A stretch of 18,998 nt of DNA. It comes from Verrucomicrobiota bacterium (GTDB lineage: Bacteria > Verrucomicrobiota > Verrucomicrobiia > Opitutales > Cerasicoccaceae). Under the pieces are notes generated by a model. It worked only from the letters and a program-made list of their open reading frames with translations. It had not been told where the DNA came from and searched no databases. Location: assembly GCA_039818205.1 (NCBI GenBank), contig JBCBUK010000031.1, forward strand, positions 1 through 18,998, written 5' to 3'. A program made the position numbers and the translations under genes. Positions 9,152-16,078 of this stretch are shown in pieces; position 1 is the stretch's first letter; every line of letters begins with the position of its first letter.

Positions 9152-9168
9152 ACCTGACGAGAATAAAG

Positions 9169-9218
9169 TTATGCGGTATTGTGCGGGATTGTGAGGAATC
9201 GTGCGGTATTGTGCTGAG
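9169..9218 (+). repeat. five imperfect 10-bp tandem direct repeats, consensus TTGTGCGG(T/G/A)A
   Basis: Units are TTATGCGGTA, TTGTGCGGGA, TTGTGAGGAA, TCGTGCGGTA and TTGTGCTGAG, with an exact 10-nt period, in non-coding DNA. Confidence 0.85.
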
Positions 9219-9238
9219 TATTTCTAGATGCTCCGAGG

Positions 9239-9270
9239 AAGCCGTGTTTTAGTGTTCTAGGACACGGCTT
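9239..9270 (+). promoter_or_regulatory. 14-bp stem-loop with two G-U pairs, upstream of the scaffold gene
   Basis: AAGCCGTGTTTTAG (9239-9252) - TGTT loop - CTAGGACACGGCTT (9257-9270). Both deviations from a perfect palindrome are U-G pairs on the + strand transcript. Confidence 0.7.
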
Positions 9271-9272
9271 TA

Positions 9273-9301
9273 ATGGGTTGAGCCACCCTAAATCAACCCA
9301 T
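9273..9301 (+). promoter_or_regulatory. 9-bp stem-loop in the scaffold leader
   Basis: ATGGGTTGA (9273-9281) is the perfect reverse complement of TCAACCCAT (9293-9301), with an 11-nt loop. Confidence 0.65.
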
Positions 9302-9328
9302 GGACAGCACCTACTTGGAGGTTAACCC

Positions 9329-10762
9329 ATGAGCATCTGGTTAAGACAACTATTATTCGGCACATTGCGTAACGTGGAAGGCGTGGACGTTGGCAGCGGT
9401 GCGGGGGTAGCGACCCCAGGTTCTTCGGAACCACTCAACGCGGATATTGACAACGCGCCCATTGAAGAATCGAACGCAGACTTTGACCTTGATGGCGGCT
9501 CGCTGACCGACCTGATTGACCAAGCTCACGCGGACGAGCCGGGAACCGAAGATGTTGACGACACTGTCGACCACTTCGTCCCCGATCCCGAAAAGAAGAA
9601 GGAATCATCCAAAGAAGAAGACGCCAACGGCGAGAGCCGGGAAGATCCGGGCGAGCTGGAAGCGCCGATACCGGAAGAAGACCAGGAATCCTATGGGGCC
9701 CTAAGTGAGGACAGCCAATCGGCCGTCCAAAGCATCTTGGTTGACCTTGCCTCTCGTGCCGATGAAGCGACTTTGTCGCTTACCGAAGCGCAAGAGCAGG
9801 CGATAGCCGAGTTGCCGGAAGCGGATCAAGCCGCCGTGCGTGAGTTCCTAGAGCCCTACCTTGGGGAGATGGCCAACGCCGATGATGGTGCCGAAGACGA
9901 AACCGAACCAGAAGGGGAGGGTAAGGGAAAGCTCGACGAGAAGACCCAAGCGATCCTCAACAAGCGGATCAACAAGGAGGTTGCTAAGCGTAAAGACCTT
10001 GAGGAGGCCTTGACTGCGTCGAATACTAAGCTGGTGCAGTTCGAAGCTAAGGCAAAGCAAGCCGAGGCCCGCGCGGCCGAGCTTGAGAGTCGAAACATCG
10101 TTCCCGCTCCTACACGCAAGAATCCATTGTCGACGATGACTACCATCGACGATTTGGAGCGCTACGAAAGTGAAGCGGAACAATTTCTCGACTGGCTGGA
10201 TGAGAATCCAGATGGCGGGGAATGTGCTTTGGTGAACAAGGCATTTAGCGCGGAGGATATTGCTCCGACACGCCGCACTCTCGAGCGCCAGCTTCGTGCC
10301 GTCCCTGACCGTCGCGCTTATCTGGAAACTGAGGCTTCCGTTGAACAGCACCTCACTCGCGAGTTGCCCGAATTGGGCGATCCAAATAGTGCAATTTCCC
10401 AGTCGGTCGCGAAAGTCTTGAGCGCCGTTCCAGAGCTGAAGCAAAAGCCGAACTACAAAGTTGATGCCTTGGTTTACACCATCGGTTTTCAATTGGCCAA
10501 TTCGGCTGGCGGTGTGGTTGAAGCACTGAAGATGCTGACCAAGACCCAGCAATCGCCAACGCAAGGTGGTGGCCGCAGATCGGTATCAACGGCCAAGAAG
10601 ACGACCCGTAGCCGTAAGGTGGTGCCGAAGCCCATGCCTGTCATGGGTGAGCGCAAGCCAGCGCCGATAGATCCCAAGGTGAAGCGTCAGCGACAACGAA
10701 AGGATGTTCCTTCGAACAGTGACGAGATCGTGGACGAAGTGGCCGAACTGCTCGCTGACTGA
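9329..10762 (+). CDS. capsid scaffolding protein
   Basis: SD GGAGG at 9317-9321. Very acidic, low-complexity N-terminal half, coiled coil (ILNKRINKEVAKRKDLEE…), basic/Pro-rich segment and short terminal helix. Immediately upstream of the major capsid gene. Confidence 0.8.
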   Translation: MSIWLRQLLFGTLRNVEGVDVGSGAGVATPGSSEPLNADIDNAPIEESNADFDLDGGSLTDLIDQAHADEPGTEDVDDTVDHFVPDPEKKKESSKEEDANGESREDPGELEAPIPEEDQESYGALSEDSQSAVQSILVDLASRADEATLSLTEAQEQAIAELPEADQAAVREFLEPYLGEMANADDGAEDETEPEGEGKGKLDEKTQAILNKRINKEVAKRKDLEEALTASNTKLVQFEAKAKQAEARAAELESRNIVPAPTRKNPLSTMTTIDDLERYESEAEQFLDWLDENPDGGECALVNKAFSAEDIAPTRRTLERQLRAVPDRRAYLETEASVEQHLTRELPELGDPNSAISQSVAKVLSAVPELKQKPNYKVDALVYTIGFQLANSAGGVVEALKMLTKTQQSPTQGGGRRSVSTAKKTTRSRKVVPKPMPVMGERKPAPIDPKVKRQRQRKDVPSNSDEIVDEVAELLAD

Positions 10763-10806
10763 GCGGCCCGGACCAATCACTCATAACGCATCAATCTCAT
10801 AAACAC

Positions 10807-11823
10807 ATGCCAGGATTAACCCAAAGTAACACCAGCACCGGAGCCCGGGAAAGCCTCTCCGACACGCTGTTCGAATACAACGCGCAGGAGACACCGCTGT
10901 ACTCCATGCTCAAGAAGACCACAGGAGGCGGTAATCCGGTCGAGCAATGGCCCGCTGATACCGAAGGTGTATCGACCGGCCGTGGTAAGAAAGACAATAC
11001 GCCCACACCGGCCACCACAAATCAGAGTGATAATTACGGCTTGCTTGAAGCCCTATATCACTGGTGGGAAGACGCTGTCAGTGTTGGTAAGAAAGCCGAG
11101 GCACTGGTCAATCGTGCTGGAGTTTCCAAAAGAAAACTGTTCGCTCGGGAACTCACAAAAGTGTTCGCTGCGCAGAAAACCCGTATCGATCGCAACCTTG
11201 GCGATGACACGGATCAACGTGAAGAAGGAAGCGAAGGATCTGAAACCCGAGGGATTGGTAGTTGGATCAGTAGCAATGCGCAAGGCACTCGGCCTGTTCC
11301 CGAAAAGTTTCGTCCGCCTGCTGGCGCGATTCAAAACCCAGCTTTTGCAGACATTCGCGAAGAAACCTTCGAGGATATCCTGGAAGCACTTCACTACGAA
11401 ACTGGTACCACACCTCGCTACACCGGGCTGTTTGGTATGGCCTTGAAGCGGTTGGTTTCCTCGTGGTCTGCTTATGCACCAGACAAAGCGAGTCATTCCG
11501 TTGTCCGTCAGTTTAACAGCGATCGCAAAACTCGTGCTTTGACTAAGGTCATTGACCTGCTCGAATACAGCGAAGGCACCATTGAGATCCACACGAGTCG
11601 GAACCTAGGCTGGAGTCGCGACTTCACGAAGAACACTGCGATGTCTACCGCGAGCAAGCGTCGCGGCTACATCCTCACGTTGGAGGACTTCGAACTCAAG
11701 ACTGCCCAGAAGCAACAATATACGCCTTTGCCACCGGATGGCGGCGGTAAGCGTGGTCAGATTGACGCTTTGATGTCGCTTTGCGGCACTCCGAAACGCA
11801 GCGGAAAAATCGTTCCGTCCTGA
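10807..11823 (+). CDS. major capsid protein (HK97 fold; SU10/DUF5309-like)
   Basis: N-terminal GARESLSD.L…ETPLYS..KK…EQW..D and internal TRGIGSWI match the G.REDL.D…TP..S…EW..D pattern of this capsid family. 338 aa, follows the scaffold. Confidence 0.88.
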   Translation: MPGLTQSNTSTGARESLSDTLFEYNAQETPLYSMLKKTTGGGNPVEQWPADTEGVSTGRGKKDNTPTPATTNQSDNYGLLEALYHWWEDAVSVGKKAEALVNRAGVSKRKLFARELTKVFAAQKTRIDRNLGDDTDQREEGSEGSETRGIGSWISSNAQGTRPVPEKFRPPAGAIQNPAFADIREETFEDILEALHYETGTTPRYTGLFGMALKRLVSSWSAYAPDKASHSVVRQFNSDRKTRALTKVIDLLEYSEGTIEIHTSRNLGWSRDFTKNTAMSTASKRRGYILTLEDFELKTAQKQQYTPLPPDGGGKRGQIDALMSLCGTPKRSGKIVPS

Positions 11824-11877
11824 TCGGGCGCACTTATCGGTTCATTAATCATTCAATTAATTCAACCCACTTTTTAG

Positions 11878-12351
11878 ATGTATAACAAATCACGCGTTCA
11901 AGCACTCGCTACCATGGAAAACAAATTTCCTGGTCAAAATTTCGTCACCTACGTCGACGCGGCTGATCTCACTGAAGAGACCGCAAACACCGCGCAAACC
12001 ATTGAACTCGCCGATGTTTTGGCCGGAGAGATGGTTACCGGTGCGGCCTACTACTTGGAGACACCGTTTCAGGATGCCAGCGACGCCGCCTTTAACTCAA
12101 ACCAGTTCCAGTTTGGGGATGGTATCGATCCTGACCGCTTTATTGCCAATTCGCAACTCAACCAAAACGGCACTGAGGTCCCGTTCAATACCAGTCCTGG
12201 AGGCACGTCTATCGGCCGCTTTGTTTACACCGGAGCGGACACCCTTGACGGCGTCTTTTCGTCGATGAGCGGCAAGTCCTTGTCGAATCTGGATATCGGC
12301 AAGATCTGGGTCATCTTCGGTAAGACCGACGTCACTGACATCGCAACCTAG
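11878..12351 (+). CDS. putative capsid decoration/cement protein
   Basis: 157 aa, beta-rich and rich in T/A/G/D, with a GDG.DPDRFI motif. Directly after the major capsid gene. Confidence 0.6.
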   Translation: MYNKSRVQALATMENKFPGQNFVTYVDAADLTEETANTAQTIELADVLAGEMVTGAAYYLETPFQDASDAAFNSNQFQFGDGIDPDRFIANSQLNQNGTEVPFNTSPGGTSIGRFVYTGADTLDGVFSSMSGKSLSNLDIGKIWVIFGKTDVTDIAT

Positions 12352-12388
12352 TTTAATCGTTAGGGATATTGGAGGTTGGCACCAAGCC

Positions 12389-12422
12389 AAGCCCGGCAGT
12401 TGACCACGGTCCTGCCGGGCTT
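12389..12422 (+). terminator. strong GC-rich stem-loop after the capsid/decoration genes (terminator-like or mRNA processing/stability element)
   Basis: AAGCCCGGCAG (12389-12399) pairs perfectly with CTGCCGGGCTT (12412-12422). Inner GAC/GTC pairs close a CACG loop. No long U tract follows. Confidence 0.55.
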
Positions 12423-12477
12423 CATGGGCAACTGAGTTAACGATCTCTAGAAAGACACAACCATGTAGCAAGTAACG

Positions 12478-13005
12478 ATGTCGCCCCTTTTGAACAGTAA
12501 GCCGCAAACCCGTGACGATCGACTCACTATTGTCGAGCCCGAGCCAGTGAGCACTTCGAATGGTCACATGATTCAACCGCCGCTCGCATCGATCGCACCC
12601 GCGTCCAAGGTGGATTCACTTTTGCTTGGCCTGCCAACGGAGCGAATCATCGATCCGGACTTTGGTGACATCACCGATGACGTGATCGAAGTCTTGAATG
12701 AGTTGATCGAGGAGGAACGCCGGGAAGCTGAACGCGAACAGATGGAAGCGGCCCAATTGGGGATCCTCGATTGCGGGTATAGCCGGGGACTCCAAAGCCC
12801 AGACATGCGAATAATGCCCGGTGTCTACTGGCACTGGTTTTGCCGTGAGAATCGCGACAACAACCATTGGGGGAAAGAGACGATCAATCCCTGGCACCAC
12901 GAAGAGTTTCGTAACGATCTCAAGAGAGACAATCCCGAGCTGCGAACTCGGGTCGATAAGCCCATGGACCGGGTCAGCTTTGCGGGATCCGAAATTCCCA
13001 AGTAG
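12478..13005 (+). CDS. hypothetical phage protein in the head module (start uncertain; 12568 is an alternative)
   Basis: Acidic coiled-coil stretch, then RIMPGVYWHW…PW..EEF…KRDNPELR. Ends 2 nt before the next ATG. Confidence 0.7.
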   Translation: MSPLLNSKPQTRDDRLTIVEPEPVSTSNGHMIQPPLASIAPASKVDSLLLGLPTERIIDPDFGDITDDVIEVLNELIEEERREAEREQMEAAQLGILDCGYSRGLQSPDMRIMPGVYWHWFCRENRDNNHWGKETINPWHHEEFRNDLKRDNPELRTRVDKPMDRVSFAGSEIPK

Positions 13006-13007
13006 TC

Positions 13008-13883
13008 ATGCGCACCATTTCCTATCACGCTCTCCTCGATAAGCTTGCCGCGCGATACGGCGTTCAGCGAGCTGAATTGGCGGAGGATCAGTTACTTACC
13101 TTTCAAGAGTATCTGGACCAGGCTCTCTGCAAATGTTGGCAAACCTGGTGGTGGCCGGAACTGATGCAGACCGAGTTGCGCTACTATCGTGCGCGCTGGG
13201 CCGCTGGCACCTACCAATCCGGAGATGAAGTCTACCACGCTGGGACTGATCAATACTGGCAGGCGCTTGCGACAACCACGGAGGAGCCGAGCACCCTTTC
13301 CAGTGATTGGACTGAACTCAATATTTCGGAAACCGCCTGGTTTCGCTACATCGGTTGGGATCAAGTTGACGAGACCCCGCTAGACGATGTTGAAGGTCTT
13401 TATCTGACAAACCCCCAGCTGAGTGATCAAACGCAAAGCTACGTGGCAGAAGAGACTCCCGAAGGTATCCGTGTCCCGGACGTTTTCGGAAACTTTGCTT
13501 GGGTTCGTTTTCGGCTACGTGTGCCAACACTCTTGGCCAGTGATTACTCAAGCTCCGCGGTCTACACGGCCGACAACCAGGTTCTCTTCACCGACGGACA
13601 GATCTATACATGCCTCAGTTCAACCAGTGCGGGAGAGAGCCCTGACACGACTCCCGCTAAATGGCAGGTCGTGACGATCCCCTACATCTTCCGGACTGCA
13701 ATGGTTGAGTTCGCCTATTCGCGAATCCTTGAAGCGGACAACGAAACGACAACCGCTGCGATCCATGATGCTCGCGGGGAACGCCGTCTCGACGAGGAGA
13801 TTGCTAAGATCGCCGTGAAGAAACGCCAAGGCCGCCGCACCAGTTACCGCACACGACCCGCCCCGCAACACCTTAGTTACTAG
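13008..13883 (+). CDS. putative head-tail adaptor with two CBM5/12-like carbohydrate-binding inserts
   Basis: Adaptor-like helical N-terminus (…YLDQAL..CW….WWPEL) and C-terminus (IPYIFRTAMVEFAYS…). Two W/Y…Y..GD.V…Y..L……P…..W modules. Positioned after the head genes. Confidence 0.65.
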   Translation: MRTISYHALLDKLAARYGVQRAELAEDQLLTFQEYLDQALCKCWQTWWWPELMQTELRYYRARWAAGTYQSGDEVYHAGTDQYWQALATTTEEPSTLSSDWTELNISETAWFRYIGWDQVDETPLDDVEGLYLTNPQLSDQTQSYVAEETPEGIRVPDVFGNFAWVRFRLRVPTLLASDYSSSAVYTADNQVLFTDGQIYTCLSSTSAGESPDTTPAKWQVVTIPYIFRTAMVEFAYSRILEADNETTTAAIHDARGERRLDEEIAKIAVKKRQGRRTSYRTRPAPQHLSY

Positions 13884-13885
13884 TA

Positions 13886-14365
13886 ATGAACATCCGAATC
13901 ACTAACCTACATCCAATCGTTGTTGAGCACACGCCAACCTGTAGCACATCCGCTACTTCAGCGGGTGACATCCTGGCGGACACCGAGCCAGTAAGCGGCG
14001 TGTGGCCGTATTCGATTTCCAATCCTGTAAACGGCGTGATCTCCTCCCTAGCACTGCTCGATAAGAACGACCACGGGGCTAACCTCGATGTCGTGTTGTT
14101 GAAGTCGCCCGCAAGTATGGGCGCCGAGAACGCTGCGGTATCGATCGATGATGTTTCGGCGGAACAGATCATCGGCGTCATTCCAGTTCGCTCAGCCGAT
14201 TACACGGACTTCGTGAACAGCCAGGTCGCGACCCCGCAATTCAATCCGATTCCGCTCAAGATCGATGCGGGCGAACGGTTGAATGTCGCGATCATTGACC
14301 GCTCGGGAACCAATACCTTCACGGCCTCGGGCCTGAAACTTCATTTCGGAATTGTTCAAGCCTGA
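13886..14365 (+). CDS. putative virion structural protein (beta-sandwich)
   Basis: 159 aa, alternating beta-strand pattern, acidic and small-residue composition. Coupled to its neighbours (TAGTAATG, TGATG). Confidence 0.6.
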   Translation: MNIRITNLHPIVVEHTPTCSTSATSAGDILADTEPVSGVWPYSISNPVNGVISSLALLDKNDHGANLDVVLLKSPASMGAENAAVSIDDVSAEQIIGVIPVRSADYTDFVNSQVATPQFNPIPLKIDAGERLNVAIIDRSGTNTFTASGLKLHFGIVQA

Positions 14366-14841
14366 TGATCGATTTCGTAGACAGTCCCCAGTTCATCCAC
14401 CTTTGGAGAGACTTTTATCTCCAGACCCAATCACATCGGATTGAGGTGGTTGGGCCGCGTGGTGACGTCAAGGAGTCGTTTGAGAGTCTTCCGAAGATCA
14501 CCGACCGTGCGAGTGTTCCTGAGCTATTGCAGGTCTTTGTTGACCCAGATTGGCTTGGTCGTTCCGCCGACTGGCATGACGGCTGTGACCGGTCGACATT
14601 CTACTCAGCGTTCATCAACGATTTTCGCTTTGCTCGCTTTGCAGCCGCCGAAATGCGTGCCCAGCAAATTCGTTGGAGTCGCTTACGCGGTGTTGCGTGC
14701 TTTGTCGCCGTCCGCTTGGGCTGGCGCACTGGCTTCAAGAGCGATCCACCTCCAGCTGTCTATCAAGCTCTAGAGGAGAAGATCCGCTCGGGCGAAGTTC
14801 CGATCACCTTCATGAGCCTTATTCCGGACTATCAAGAATGA
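14365..14841 (+). CDS. DUF1353-like protein
   Basis: TD.ASVP…WHD…D..F…M…AVR.G pattern, recognised as the DUF1353 signature. Confidence 0.7.
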   Translation: MIDFVDSPQFIHLWRDFYLQTQSHRIEVVGPRGDVKESFESLPKITDRASVPELLQVFVDPDWLGRSADWHDGCDRSTFYSAFINDFRFARFAAAEMRAQQIRWSRLRGVACFVAVRLGWRTGFKSDPPPAVYQALEEKIRSGEVPITFMSLIPDYQE

Positions 14842-15335
14842 AACCCTTATCCTATGGCGATCTAGAACCGGTTATTTCGACCGGCCGAAGCATGTATCCG
14901 CTCAACGACGATGGCGGCTGGGCCGTCGTTACCTATTGGCCATGGAGCCTATTGAAGGTCGGCATGGTGATTCTTTTTCATCATCCAGAGCATGGTTTAA
15001 TATGTCACCAAATCGTGCACATCAACAAAGGGCGGGGTTTCTTCCGCCGGATGTTTGGCCTGAGTGGCTATCCGCCGAAGAACTGGAAAGTATGGACCAA
15101 AGGAGTCAACCCCATGCTCAAGCTTGATAGGTGGACGGTCAAGAAGTCTGACTATATCGGGCTCGTAGTTGGCTCGACTCCTTGGGCTGAAGAAGGCGCG
15201 TATTTTGGTGGCTTGTATCCTTATGCAACAGCTGCGTTGCGCTACAACGGCAGGGAGAAATCCGTGGACCCTGAAGTGAACCCGTTCAACGCGCGGTTCT
15301 TTCCCAAAGATCTAATCAACCAATATAATCAATGA
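14838..15335 (+). CDS. S26 (signal peptidase I-like, SipW/Sec11 Ser-His type) peptidase without a membrane anchor
   Basis: True start is ATG 14838 (ATGA overlap), not 14673. Box motifs TGRSMYP, LKVGMVILF, LICHQIV, TKGVN…D…V…YIGLV. Confidence 0.78.
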   Translation: MKPLSYGDLEPVISTGRSMYPLNDDGGWAVVTYWPWSLLKVGMVILFHHPEHGLICHQIVHINKGRGFFRRMFGLSGYPPKNWKVWTKGVNPMLKLDRWTVKKSDYIGLVVGSTPWAEEGAYFGGLYPYATAALRYNGREKSVDPEVNPFNARFFPKDLINQYNQ

Positions 15336-16078
15336 AATCATTCTTAACAATTATGCTATTCGTGTCCGCTTCGGTGCTGACACTTTTCGTTTCCGGTTGC
15401 GCTTCCTCAACGGACAACGCGATTGCCGAGCAATCGTCTGAGCAAACTGCGAGCGCCTTCAACCCGCCAATGGCCCAAGAGGCCACGGGCGCAACACGCA
15501 AGCACACCGCAGAGCGGGGAGCCAGCAACACAGGCACGCTGACCTTTTACCATGACGCTAATGGAAATCTGGTTCCACTTCTGAGCTGGAGCCAAGATGC
15601 AAACTCGGATTTTGCGACCAAGGGTGTCAGCCAAGCAACGATCGAGCAAGGTGTTGCAGTTCCCGTTGTTCTGAATGGTCAAGAGTTTCAGGGGCCATTC
15701 GGCCAAAAAATTACGATTGGCGCAATTGCCGAAAGTGATGCTGACAACTATGATGAGCAGTTATCTGCGATGATGCAGGGCTATGTTGACCGCGTCGATG
15801 CAGTCACCCGATACGTAGATGCGAGCTATCGCGGGAAAACGTTGGTCGTCGGTGAACGTTTCAACGGTTGGGTGCGAGTGATCAATGCGAGTGGTGATCA
15901 ACTAGTTAGGGTTGCGGGCGAAGTCGCAAGTGCGCTCTCGCCTCAATATATCATGTATAAAACCGGCCAAGATGTCGTTACCCAAGCAGTGGCGATAGTC
16001 ACCGACGACGGGGGCACGGTCGAGGGTTTTACGGATCCCAACAATCCCAACGGCGCACCTCCAGACTTTCAGGATTAA
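15332..16078 (+). CDS. lipoprotein of unknown function (248 aa)
   Basis: MK + hydrophobic h-region + lipobox VSG-C (Cys23), followed by an S/T/A/Q-rich linker. ATGA overlap with the peptidase gene. Confidence 0.75.
   Translation: MKSFLTIMLFVSASVLTLFVSGCASSTDNAIAEQSSEQTASAFNPPMAQEATGATRKHTAERGASNTGTLTFYHDANGNLVPLLSWSQDANSDFATKGVSQATIEQGVAVPVVLNGQEFQGPFGQKITIGAIAESDADNYDEQLSAMMQGYVDRVDAVTRYVDASYRGKTLVVGERFNGWVRVINASGDQLVRVAGEVASALSPQYIMYKTGQDVVTQAVAIVTDDGGTVEGFTDPNNPNGAPPDFQD

Noticed and set aside
9169..9218. CRISPR array interpretation of the repeats
   Set aside because: Units are 10 bp, contiguous and have no spacers. No cas genes are present.
9152..9260. Sigma70 promoter in the portal-scaffold gap
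   Set aside because: Only weak -10-like hexamers (TATTGT, TAGTGT) with no properly spaced -35 element, so it is not called.
9848..10564. 238-aa minus-strand ORF and the other short minus-strand or alternate-frame ORFs in the track
   Set aside because: All overlap well-supported + strand genes and lack motifs or initiation signals.
11800..11880. Capsid and decoration genes are in the same frame (possible readthrough or frameshift extension, as in T7 10A/10B)
   Set aside because: Fusion needs readthrough of both TGA (11821-11823) and TAG (11875-11877). GGAAAAAT near the capsid end is not a canonical in-frame slippery heptamer.
14673..14837. 55-aa N-terminal extension of the peptidase ORF given in the track
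   Set aside because: It overlaps the DUF1353-like gene out of frame. ATG 14838 forms the ATGA coupling and begins just before the catalytic box.
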